From a virus (lineage: Duplodnaviria; Caudoviricetes): 54,066 bases of DNA. Position numbers and translations under genes: made by a program. Shown in pieces: positions 9,664 through 18,514 of the stretch. Under the pieces are notes generated by a model. The model had not been told where the DNA came from. It did not search any database and saw nothing but the letters and a program-made list of their open reading frames with translations. Position 1 is the first letter of the stretch, and each line of letters starts with the position of its first letter. The stretch is from positions 1-54,066 of the IMG/VR virus record IMGVR_UViG_3300042519_001321; one strand, 5' to 3'.

Positions 9664-10385
9664 TATGTGTCCTCTTCAATAATATTTCTTAACCGTGGCA
9701 TTAAATGTACGCGAGCCCAAACGGGCGTCGCTGACATTTGATCAGGGTGCATATCGTCTGCCAGTGGCAGATTTTGTTTTACACACCAATCTAGCATTTC
9801 ATCCTCAATAAACTGCACCTTATCTTTATTTAACAAGTGTCGTAGCATTGGCTTATCTTTCTCCGCTACCGCCAACTCCCATCCCAATGTGCATAGTACA
9901 TTATGGCCGGCTGCTGCTAGCAATACAATATGTGCTACTGTTTCTTGTAGCACTACTTCTGCTATACTCTGTAACCCGTAAGGGTCAACAATTTCACGCT
10001 CAAACGCATTTGCGTCCTGACATAACATAACCGAAAGTTTTTCTTTGTCAAAGACATTTGGTAATTGTCTTTGATATTGATATAATGGATCTGTGGATTT
10101 GTCCTTAAGGTTTTGTATCATGTTTATAGGACCAATCTGTATTTCGGGTGTTAACACTGTGTTGAATCTCGATACAGCATTAATTTCCCAAAAGAAAATG
10201 TCATCGCTGCCATATTCGTCTGACAACAAATAGTGTTGGAGTAGCAGTACCTGTGTACGATTGTTACCAGCACCGACTGCAAGATTGTGATATCCCAAAT
10301 TTAACTCTTGGCAAATTTGCCTAGCCCACGAAAACTTGAGATTATCAGCAGTAAGACTATCGCCTAGAAAAACAATCTTTCTCAT
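9663..10385 (-). CDS. SGNH/GDSL hydrolase-fold protein (esterase or acyltransferase)
   Basis: Block I VFLGDSLT, block II NLAVGAG, block V DDMHP. Confidence 0.8.
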   Translation of the reverse strand: MRKIVFLGDSLTADNLKFSWARQICQELNLGYHNLAVGAGNNRTQVLLLQHYLLSDEYGSDDIFFWEINAVSRFNTVLTPEIQIGPINMIQNLKDKSTDPLYQYQRQLPNVFDKEKLSVMLCQDANAFEREIVDPYGLQSIAEVVLQETVAHIVLLAAAGHNVLCTLGWELAVAEKDKPMLRHLLNKDKVQFIEDEMLDWCVKQNLPLADDMHPDQMSATPVWARVHLMPRLRNIIEEDT

Positions 10386-11923
10386 CGTTCCACCAATGCT
10401 TCAGCTTCTTGGCAAATTTGCCACCAGTCTTCCATTTCTGGGAACACTGATAAAAAGTCTGTGTCTCTACGCTGATCATGTTGAGTAAAGAACTTGTAAA
10501 AATTGGCTCGCGCCTTTAGTACTTCTTCTTCACTTAACTTACTGCCCGCTTTCATCCATTCTAGGTTACGGCGTGCTTTATCAATTTCAAAGTCCTTAAA
10601 ACCTCTATAGTCAATGTACTGCTCGTTGGCAGCATTAAGTTCCATAAAAGCAATAGCTTCTTCTAAATAGTCCTGGTACCATTCTGGCATTACTTGTATG
10701 CACTGCCAGTGTGGTGCTCGCAGTAACGGAATATCAAACCAAATACGTTGCTTAGGACGTATCTCGTAATCTGGGTGCTTGTGCCCACCATTATCCGGTA
10801 CTGGTATATATTTAATGCCTTGGCGATCTTTTGCAAACTCTTCGCGGAGCTCTAGTATAAACTGTAGCCATTCACGGAAGCTGGTTAAGCTAAGTGCATT
10901 GAATGTATTAATAAATGTGATAGTAGTGTTGTCTGTTTCGCGTAATACACGCAACACATTTTTCTTTAGCACTTCAAAGTCCATGCCGTTACGCATATAC
11001 TCTGCTTGCTTACCATAACCATCACAGCTAACAAACACAGCAAAGTTCTTACAAGCCGGTGCTACATACCAGTTGTTTCCACTGTTCGGATTAAACTTCT
11101 GTGGATCTTCCCAAATTTGAATCTGTTCTAAACGCTGTAGCGATTCAATAAACTTATCCATTAGCTGTGGCTTTGGCGGAACCATGTTTGATGTTACACT
11201 CATCTCTAACCATGCGTTAGGATTAGCATACACATAGTCCAGTACCTTAAATGTGTTTACGTCCATTAGTGGCTCACCACCGGTCATACGAAACACTTCT
11301 AGATTCTTATACAGTTCAGGCCACCACTTCCAAAACGCTTCTACATATGGATTCTCATCCTGTGCTACACGCAATGGCATTAGTCCTGCACGAGCTAAAC
11401 TTTCTGTGTTGTTATGCTCGCCACCCACAATTTGATACGGTCCGTGGTCTTTGACTTCTTGATGCCAGCTAGTGCTAAGATGTGGGCTGCAATAGCTACA
11501 CTTAAAATTACAGGCTTGATTAAAGTTAACTTCCACATAGCGAGGATTGATATTACCCTCCCAACCAGCAGCCTTAATATCTTCTTTGGCGTTTTGTGCC
11601 CAATATTCACCACTGCGATAAATGCGATCACTGCGGCCACCTACATCTTCAATGCGCCAGCAATAGCTGCACCCAGCTGGACGTTTTCCTTCCAGCATAT
11701 CCTTACGCTGTTCTTTTTTCTCAGAAGTATTGTGCAGTGCGCTAGGATTAACAGCTAGTTCTTCTAAGTCAATTTTATGAGTAGGTGGGTGATAGCAACT
11801 GTGCGTCATGCCATTAGTAAGATGCATAGATACCTGCGCCCACTTTGCATAACACATAGTGGGACTAATTGCATCTAATTCTTTTTGAGCGGCATCAGCC
11901 GCTGTTTCATAATGACTGCTCAT
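10382..11923 (-). CDS. Radical SAM protein with N-terminal twitch/SPASM-like Cys cluster (paralog 5)
   Basis: CNFKCSYC, TGGEPL, TSNM and VSCDG motifs; N-terminal MCYAKW...SCYHPP...CSYC; DQRR...VFPEM. Confidence 0.92.
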   Translation of the reverse strand: MSSHYETAADAAQKELDAISPTMCYAKWAQVSMHLTNGMTHSCYHPPTHKIDLEELAVNPSALHNTSEKKEQRKDMLEGKRPAGCSYCWRIEDVGGRSDRIYRSGEYWAQNAKEDIKAAGWEGNINPRYVEVNFNQACNFKCSYCSPHLSTSWHQEVKDHGPYQIVGGEHNNTESLARAGLMPLRVAQDENPYVEAFWKWWPELYKNLEVFRMTGGEPLMDVNTFKVLDYVYANPNAWLEMSVTSNMVPPKPQLMDKFIESLQRLEQIQIWEDPQKFNPNSGNNWYVAPACKNFAVFVSCDGYGKQAEYMRNGMDFEVLKKNVLRVLRETDNTTITFINTFNALSLTSFREWLQFILELREEFAKDRQGIKYIPVPDNGGHKHPDYEIRPKQRIWFDIPLLRAPHWQCIQVMPEWYQDYLEEAIAFMELNAANEQYIDYRGFKDFEIDKARRNLEWMKAGSKLSEEEVLKARANFYKFFTQHDQRRDTDFLSVFPEMEDWWQICQEAEALVER

Positions 11924-12576
11924 AACTTATCGTAATACCAACCGTTATCCATAAATTCAATGTGCTGCTGCCAGTCCATAACTACTTTATGCATGTATTC
12001 GCCCTTAACAACTGACCAAATTTGGTTGTCGTCGAAACCATCTTTTAAAAGATGGCTAGCAACAAGTTTAGCATATTTTTTCTTTGTTGTCAAGCTCATA
12101 TCACTTACACAACAACCAGCAACTGTTAATCCTTTATCTTTACCACCTATTGTAAAAATCAACTGTTGTTCTGAACCTCGTAATAATCTATATAAAATAG
12201 TATCAGGAAAAGTAGATTTATCATACGCTATACTACTGGTAGAAAACACAAATGTCCCGTTCATTTTATCTTCTAGGTATTTTAACAGTAATAGTTTAAA
12301 CCAAAATCCGACCTTCCAAGTATGCATGAACGTATTATATGTTTCTTTTTGCTCTGCTAAAGGCTTAGTATAATCAAAGTCTGAACTCTGAATATTTGCA
12401 TTAAAGAAAACTCGATCAGGTAATTCGTTAGTGTTAATAGAATTAATAAATTCCTCGGGTTTGCTATAATCTACATTGTGCCGCCCAAACTTAATTACCT
12501 CATGACCTGCTGATTCCAAATCTTCTATAATGTATGATGCATATTCAGACGATGCTCCAAAGAACCAATATTTCAT
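11920..12576 (-). CDS. Degenerate SDR/Rossmann-fold protein
   Basis: FFGASSEYA at the Gly-rich loop position, VFFNA, FVFSTSS, YRLLR at the YxxxK position. I chose the ATG at 12576 as start because it directly follows the upstream TGA (12578-12580). Confidence 0.55.
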   Translation of the reverse strand: MKYWFFGASSEYASYIIEDLESAGHEVIKFGRHNVDYSKPEEFINSINTNELPDRVFFNANIQSSDFDYTKPLAEQKETYNTFMHTWKVGFWFKLLLLKYLEDKMNGTFVFSTSSIAYDKSTFPDTILYRLLRGSEQQLIFTIGGKDKGLTVAGCCVSDMSLTTKKKYAKLVASHLLKDGFDDNQIWSVVKGEYMHKVVMDWQQHIEFMDNGWYYDKL

Positions 12577-12577
12577 A

Positions 12578-13129
12578 TCAACTTTTAATCCTATCAAACA
12601 TCATTGAAATAGAAAATCTATCCTTTTTCTCTTTTTTGTTTAATCCTACGCTGTGAAAACTGTTGTTCGAAACTTTAAATAGTAAAAGTTGATTAGCTTT
12701 TCCGCCTACTTCAATTGGGTTGCTGCCGGTTATGTCTGAATGAAATGTTGTACCGCAAATATCATCTAAGTACAACACACCTCTTATAGGCACTGTTTCC
12801 CAGTGAGTATCGATGTGTATCGGAAATATATTATCAGCTGGCAGTATAGAAGCACTACATTTATTTTCTAAACACGCTTCATTCCATATAGTATTGATGG
12901 CTGTTAATATTAGTTTTTCATTATCTCTAAGTATGCCCATTAATGGATGATAGGAAAGTGAGAAATGATGCTCTAACGAATTATCAGTAATTGTGTAGTT
13001 TGATAAAAACATTTCATTATGTGATTTATCAAACAATACAGGATCAAAAAAGTCGTCGATCAAAATGTATTCTACATCATGACATAGCTTAACATTTTCT
13101 CGACAAATTTGACCAATTTTTGATAGCAT
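12578..13129 (-). CDS. 2OG-Fe(II) oxygenase family protein
   Basis: HxD (IHID), GVLYL, distal His (SFHSV), 2OG-binding RxS (DRFSI); N-terminal LIDDFF typical of the family. Confidence 0.75.
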   Translation of the reverse strand: MLSKIGQICRENVKLCHDVEYILIDDFFDPVLFDKSHNEMFLSNYTITDNSLEHHFSLSYHPLMGILRDNEKLILTAINTIWNEACLENKCSASILPADNIFPIHIDTHWETVPIRGVLYLDDICGTTFHSDITGSNPIEVGGKANQLLLFKVSNNSFHSVGLNKKEKKDRFSISMMFDRIKS

Positions 13130-14124
13130 TAAAGCAGCCCCTTTTCTAACAATTCTTGAATCTGCTGTTCACGAATCATTACGCCCCAACGACGCGGATT
13201 CACATACGTCTTTTTAAAGAACTTGCACATCTGTGGGTCTGGATTAAACAGCATCATTTCGTTAATGCTTTCGTTAAGTTCGTTGCCTAGCTTACAAATT
13301 TCTTCGTATAGTGCTTCTTTGCTCCATGCAAGTTTAGTATAACGACACACAATCGGTCCTGCAAACTGCGGTGCTACTTCTTTGTTGAAATAATCTTTGA
13401 ACCACTCGTAATCGGATATTAAATTTGTGTCCCAATCTGTTAGTACACTTAGCTTACAACCTAAACGTGCGCCGTAAATAGCCCATAGACCGTTTTCCAC
13501 ATCACTGCCAATGTTGCACCATGTCTGTAGTCTGTTATAGTTGCCCCACCAGATCTTGGTCTTGAATTCGTCGGCGCGAACACGTTTGCCCTGATCAAGG
13601 CTCATCTTTACGCCTTCTCTAAAGCCTGCGCGGAATGCCTGAAATGGACTTGCTGTTTGATGTACTTCGCTGAATGTATCGTTAAGCTGAATATAGTTTA
13701 ACTTCCAACAGAACTCCATGCCTTCGCCATCGCCTGCTGCTTCATGTGTTTGCATCTGTAGTGCATACTCTTTAGGCCAGCACTTTAGTCCGCCATTGCC
13801 ATACACTAACCCATTAAGTAAGTTTTTAGCGTTCCAGCTAAAGATGCTTTCGCTAATATTATTGCCGTCATGATCGGTATCAGGTACATCGAGTACTTGC
13901 TCAAAGAAGTCATCCATAACGATGTTGTCACCGTCTACAGTAATAAAACGTTCAGTTTCACTTTGGCGGGCGCACTCTTTATGGGCAGCGTCAAATCCTT
14001 TGACGCCGTGTACCCGCTTTGCCCATGGTACTTTGTTTAATAGATCTGCCCAGTTTTCTTCAGCATTGGGCTCATCGTAGGAGATATAGAAGATGTCTAA
14101 TTCGGTAACATCAATTTTTGCCAT
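13129..14124 (-). CDS. Putative GT-A fold glycosyltransferase-like phage protein
   Basis: ISYDEP, RVHGVKGFDAAH, DxD motif in FITVDGDN, YGNGGLK, QAFRAGFREGVK; SD AGGA upstream. Confidence 0.6.
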   Translation of the reverse strand: MAKIDVTELDIFYISYDEPNAEENWADLLNKVPWAKRVHGVKGFDAAHKECARQSETERFITVDGDNIVMDDFFEQVLDVPDTDHDGNNISESIFSWNAKNLLNGLVYGNGGLKCWPKEYALQMQTHEAAGDGEGMEFCWKLNYIQLNDTFSEVHQTASPFQAFRAGFREGVKMSLDQGKRVRADEFKTKIWWGNYNRLQTWCNIGSDVENGLWAIYGARLGCKLSVLTDWDTNLISDYEWFKDYFNKEVAPQFAGPIVCRYTKLAWSKEALYEEICKLGNELNESINEMMLFNPDPQMCKFFKKTYVNPRRWGVMIREQQIQELLEKGLL

Positions 14125-14139
14125 ATGTATGTCCTGTAA

Positions 14140-14784
14140 TTAAGTACGTACATATTTATCAAAGGCTTTTACGGTGTATATACTAGTTTGAGTTAGATCT
14201 GTTGCGGTGCTAATAGTAACAGTGTTTTCCAGTAATCGTTTTAAAGAAATATATTCACTGTGTATCATTATATGCGGGTTATTTGGTGCAGTAAAGTAGA
14301 ATTTGAGTACCTTTTGTCCGTTAACTGTAGCTGATATTGGGTCAATACTAGAATACTTTTCTATCGTATTTTTAGATAATGTTACCGTAAACACTGTCTT
14401 AGTTAAGTTGCACATACATTCATAGTCTGATGAATTAGTATCTATTAGAAGTAAAGAATTGTTTTCAGTTGATACTACTGCACTTTCTAATGGGCGTGAT
14501 TCTATACTATAAAGATTATCTACAAGCGGATCAATTTTAACATAAAACAAATTCCAATTGTTATTTTCTAAAATTTCTACCTGCTCATTACTAAATTCTT
14601 TGACCTGCCATCCTTCTTTAAGCGGCATATCCTCTTTGCTTATTGAAACTATTGTGCCGTCAGATAAAAAATACACCTTTGGTTGTTTAGCCAATTCCTG
14701 TCTAATAAGTCCAGCAAGGCCGCCTGCTGCGTCTTTAGCTGCTTGAAATCTTAAACGTCGCTCTTCTGCTTCTTTAGATACCAT
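14140..14784 (-). CDS. Hypothetical phage protein
   Basis: 214-aa ORF overlapping the upstream glycosyltransferase gene; no recognisable motif. Confidence 0.75.
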   Translation of the reverse strand: MVSKEAEERRLRFQAAKDAAGGLAGLIRQELAKQPKVYFLSDGTIVSISKEDMPLKEGWQVKEFSNEQVEILENNNWNLFYVKIDPLVDNLYSIESRPLESAVVSTENNSLLLIDTNSSDYECMCNLTKTVFTVTLSKNTIEKYSSIDPISATVNGQKVLKFYFTAPNNPHIMIHSEYISLKRLLENTVTISTATDLTQTSIYTVKAFDKYVRT

Positions 14785-15643
14785 AGTCTTGTTCCATCTG
14801 TTTAATCATTTTAGCTGTGAGCCAGTTTTTTTCTACATAGTGAAATGGCAATAATTGTTGAAAGTTTCCTATTTTAAAGTCTTTGTAATTATTATAGTAA
14901 GTAGGTATAGTTTCAGACCAATTATGGCTTATTAATGATGTAGGCACGTTTTGTACATGGCTTTTCATATGTACAAAAGTCGGCACTGCATCAATATTTT
15001 CTCGAGTACACTCATGTTCGATACCTAGCAGTTGCATGGCTAGTGCAAACGCAACATCACCGCTGAGCCAATCTGGCTTGCCTTCAGGCATGTACTTGTA
15101 AAAGAAACGCTGCCAGTGTTGAAATATGATTTCTGTCATAGCAAACAATTCACTAGCTAATTCACTTTTCTTAAAATAAAAGAAAGCTGTGTACACATTA
15201 GGCAAGTTATTCTTTACAAAGTATTCGCGATAGTAATTACTACTAACAGTTTCTCCGCGAAATGTCCGCACTTTAGTAGTAGCCCATACATCACGTTGAC
15301 TTAATGTATCCCACCAGTGACTCACATCTGTAGGAAATAACATATCTGTGTCTAATATGACGGTTTCTTCATACGGAGACATATACAAATATTTCCACTT
15401 GTTATTGATTTTCCATTGTGAGTCTGCTGCGTCATCTTGCCAAGGAATGTCAACTATATAATCAAATACTTGCTTATGTTTGCTGGTAATTAGTTTCTTA
15501 GTTTCTGCATCCACACATACAGTTAGGTTATTAACTGTACTTTGAGTAAGCTTTAAGTTAAGTGCAAGAGCATAAGCCTGTTGAAGATAATCAACAGTCC
15601 CAGTGTTTTGTGCTATAACTATATAACCTTTACTTGTTGTCAT
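14774..15643 (-). CDS. Putative GT-A (GT8-like) glycosyltransferase
   Basis: KGYIVIAQN, SPYEETVILDTDMLF (DxD), NVYTAFFYFKK, SGDVAFALA, FVHMK; start is either MTTSK (15643) or 15649. Confidence 0.7.
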   Translation of the reverse strand: MTTSKGYIVIAQNTGTVDYLQQAYALALNLKLTQSTVNNLTVCVDAETKKLITSKHKQVFDYIVDIPWQDDAADSQWKINNKWKYLYMSPYEETVILDTDMLFPTDVSHWWDTLSQRDVWATTKVRTFRGETVSSNYYREYFVKNNLPNVYTAFFYFKKSELASELFAMTEIIFQHWQRFFYKYMPEGKPDWLSGDVAFALAMQLLGIEHECTRENIDAVPTFVHMKSHVQNVPTSLISHNWSETIPTYYNNYKDFKIGNFQQLLPFHYVEKNWLTAKMIKQMEQDYGI

Positions 15644-16436
15644 ATACATATTCTATAAATTCAGGACAATGATAATCCGCAAACTGTGTTTTAATAAATG
15701 GTAAAACAATTTCTTTTACAAATTGTGTATGCATATATGATTGAGGATGAAAATCTCTGACTTGTATTTGTTGGCCATCAACTAAGGTTATGTCAAGTAG
15801 AGGAAAGTGGTCGTCTGTCCAGTGCTTGTAACACCAAGTATGCATACTTTCTATAGGTAACCATCTTGTTTTATCTACTAGATTATTTAACCAAGTGATA
15901 TTTGGGTTATTTTTCTGATGCAATGAAATACTGTCTGTCATAAAGTCTGTCATAAAATATTTAATGCCTAGATTGTCAAGATAATTTTGAACCCATAAAA
16001 TTTTTTCTAAGGTTAGTATTCGTTGATTCACATGGTCGTGCAGATGGGTGTAATAAATTTTATTCGTTTTTTCAGTCCAGTGACTGTTCATAATTAACCA
16101 TCCGCCCGGATCGTTTTTTACAACATGTGTTGGATTATAGCGCCAGTTATCATTATTTTCTAGCTGATGGGACAACTTTTCAAAGTATATATCGTGTCTG
16201 TCAGGACCGCTCCACATAATACCAACTAAAATTTCTTCTGGTTTATAGCCTTGCTGTAGTGCTTGCTGAACAGCATATACAGCCTTCCTTGCAATAAGGC
16301 CATTTCCTTGACTGCCCAACCCTACGTGATTGCACTCAATGTTGTACGATGCAGTTAAATGACACGGCCACGAGTACTGATTAGCCACATCAGAAAAACT
16401 ACAACCAGAAGTAATTATATGTTTAAACTGTGCCAT
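15630..16436 (-). CDS. SGNH-like hydrolase-fold protein
   Basis: ITSGCSFS (GxS block I), GLGSQGN, IMWS...R, C-terminal DFHP...H. Confidence 0.65.
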   Translation of the reverse strand: MAQFKHIITSGCSFSDVANQYSWPCHLTASYNIECNHVGLGSQGNGLIARKAVYAVQQALQQGYKPEEILVGIMWSGPDRHDIYFEKLSHQLENNDNWRYNPTHVVKNDPGGWLIMNSHWTEKTNKIYYTHLHDHVNQRILTLEKILWVQNYLDNLGIKYFMTDFMTDSISLHQKNNPNITWLNNLVDKTRWLPIESMHTWCYKHWTDDHFPLLDITLVDGQQIQVRDFHPQSYMHTQFVKEIVLPFIKTQFADYHCPEFIEYVYDNK

Positions 16437-16444
16437 TTCTTCTC

Positions 16445-17077
16445 TTAATAATTCCCTGACGCTAACACGATTTTACAAATATGTTCTAGGCGCTCAATAT
16501 GTTCATATGCTCGCCAAGGTGTAGTATCAATTGCGACTACTCCGTGACCTTTAATGCCCACAATGTCATAAGCGATGTTGCCTTCATTGTCAAGCTCTAA
16601 GTTATTATGACACTGTGTCGCAAGTTCTTCACTAATGGGAGGCACATCTCCTACATTAGGAGCCACTCTAGTATATCTACCCAGTTCAGGGAAGTGTGTT
16701 ACTAGTTCATTCAAGTTAATACCGGCGTGCATTGCAGCAACACAGTATGTAGGATGCACATGAACTACTACACGAATGTCATTACTATGCTGACCTAATT
16801 CTTTCAGTAAACCAAAGTGCAATGGTAGTTCACCGCTTGGTTGTAGCTCGCTGGAGATAGCAGTATAGGGTAGAATCTTGCAGATTGTTTCAGTACCGGT
16901 ATTTACTAGTCCAATCTTTTTAAATTGATCGGGCTGTAGTGTTTGCTTTCTTACCCCACTAGGTGTAATGTAGAAGTGGTCACGGTCATGATGACGAATA
17001 CTGATATTGCCATCACGACTAGTAATCCAGTTACGGGCGTAGGCGTCTTTTAGGATATCACAAATTGTTTCTAACAT
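16445..17077 (-). CDS. Class II aldolase/adducin family protein
   Basis: DGNISIR, ITPSG, PSGELPLH, metal-binding VVHVHP, GHGVV, IERLEH. Confidence 0.9.
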   Translation of the reverse strand: MLETICDILKDAYARNWITSRDGNISIRHHDRDHFYITPSGVRKQTLQPDQFKKIGLVNTGTETICKILPYTAISSELQPSGELPLHFGLLKELGQHSNDIRVVVHVHPTYCVAAMHAGINLNELVTHFPELGRYTRVAPNVGDVPPISEELATQCHNNLELDNEGNIAYDIVGIKGHGVVAIDTTPWRAYEHIERLEHICKIVLASGNY

Positions 17078-17079
17078 AA

Positions 17080-17277
17080 TTATCTTTTGCCTCTAAGTAA
17101 TCTCATTATTCTTTCTTCTTCAAGCTCAGTCCACACAAACCGGCCGCCGTGTATAGGGGGTTTACCAGTGCTAGGATCATAATCAATTAAATGTTCATAA
17201 TAGTGCCGTAACCATACTTGTTCACCACTAGTGACCCGTGTCGGTAACCATGCAAACTTTCTGTGTTCTATCGACAT
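17080..17277 (-). CDS. Small hypothetical phage protein
   Basis: 65 aa with KFAWLPTRVTSGEQVWL, a motif type I recognise from small phage proteins; fills the gap, with AGGA upstream; overlaps the upstream gene by 50 nt. Confidence 0.65.
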   Translation of the reverse strand: MSIEHRKFAWLPTRVTSGEQVWLRHYYEHLIDYDPSTGKPPIHGGRFVWTELEEERIMRLLRGKR

Positions 17278-18166
17278 GATCTAACATTTCCTCACTTATT
17301 CGATTGATTGCCCATTTATTCATAACATGTAAATCTACACTGCTCCACTTAGTTAGCATAAAGTCGCCCGGACTACGTGGCTTTTCTAAATACATGATTA
17401 GCGTACTATCATCAACTGCACTGTGTATGTCGTCGGTGTCAAATGTCTTGTATAGTGTAGTAGGAAGTTGTGGTATTCCTCTATCTTTGAATCCGCTCAT
17501 CATATGCGCTGCTATGCTAAAGCTGTAATCATTTCTATACAAATGGCCTTTCCACTTGTACATATCTTGATAGTACTGACGATTATTTTTTACATGTTTT
17601 ACACAATTAAAGAAACTTTCGGCGTAAGGAGTTTTACGAAAGTATACTACTGTGGCCCAATACATTGTAATACCAAAATCATTTAGTCGATTTAGTGTAG
17701 AATCCTTGCGCTCATACATAATATCCTGATACCGCCAATTCATCATCAGTTCTTCGTTGTGCCCCCAACATTGATTTAGAGTGTCACTTAATATCAAATA
17801 GTCCACATCTAACAAAATAGTTTCTTCGTATGGACTTAAATCATAAGCATCGCAACGATTAACATTATAAAATGATAATGTCTTTGCATTATGACTAGTA
17901 TCTTTAAATGTTCTAATATTTTGTTCTTTAAATTTTTTGTCTTTCTCAACAACAATAATATTATTAATGGCTTTTTTGATTGTTGCTTTACCTAAACTTT
18001 TTTCTGCATAGTCAAGGCTAGCTGGATCGGTTACGACCGTAATATTTTTAATACCTAAGTGACGCTGAATTAGAAAACTATTAACTACAGCTAATCTAAA
18101 ATAATCTATCTCTGCGTTGTTGTGGGCAAACATAATGATGCCGCGATCATTATTTGCCTTCTTCAT
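17228..18166 (-). CDS. Putative GT-A (GT8-like) glycosyltransferase, paralog of 14774..15643
   Basis: RGIIMFAHN, SPYEETILLDVDYL (DxD), YWATVVYFRK, RNDYSFSIA, LHVMNK; shares SPYEET and motif order with the paralog. Confidence 0.7.
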   Translation of the reverse strand: MKKANNDRGIIMFAHNNAEIDYFRLAVVNSFLIQRHLGIKNITVVTDPASLDYAEKSLGKATIKKAINNIIVVEKDKKFKEQNIRTFKDTSHNAKTLSFYNVNRCDAYDLSPYEETILLDVDYLILSDTLNQCWGHNEELMMNWRYQDIMYERKDSTLNRLNDFGITMYWATVVYFRKTPYAESFFNCVKHVKNNRQYYQDMYKWKGHLYRNDYSFSIAAHMMSGFKDRGIPQLPTTLYKTFDTDDIHSAVDDSTLIMYLEKPRSPGDFMLTKWSSVDLHVMNKWAINRISEEMLDHVDRTQKVCMVTDTGH

Positions 18167-18509
18167 TGAGATCTAAAACCTTGTGTACTTTGCGTGATTT
18201 GCGTAGCTTTTCGTATTCTGCATAGTAGTCGTTGGTTACTTCGAAATAACGACTAAGTATTTCACTATAAAAACTTTTTATATCAATTTTAATTGGGTTA
18301 TTATAGATGTCTAGCAGGACTGCATCCGTTTGCTGTTCGTCTAGTAATAACTTACAGAAATTAAGCAGCGTCCGATCAATAGTAAATGTGCCACCGTTAA
18401 TACTGTAGCTAAGAAGACTCTGGGTTTTAGCTCGCAATGCTGCTTGCTGATTATTAAGTGTTACTCGATAATTCGCAAATTCTAGTGCTTGTGTTAGACG
18501 TGTGCTCAT
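18150..18509 (-). CDS. Hypothetical phage protein, possibly a tail-fibre assembly chaperone
   Basis: 119-aa helical ORF (NGGTFTID...LLDIYNNPI) heading the enzyme operon; function is inference only. Confidence 0.7.
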   Translation of the reverse strand: MSTRLTQALEFANYRVTLNNQQAALRAKTQSLLSYSINGGTFTIDRTLLNFCKLLLDEQQTDAVLLDIYNNPIKIDIKSFYSEILSRYFEVTNDYYAEYEKLRKSRKVHKVLDLNEEGK

Positions 18510-18514
18510 AGCTA

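Noticed and set aside
1-18509. Bacterial capsule/LPS locus or RiPP cluster interpretation
   Set aside because: No flippase, polymerase, transporter, peptidase or clear precursor peptide; contiguous with phage structural genes and late-type boxes.
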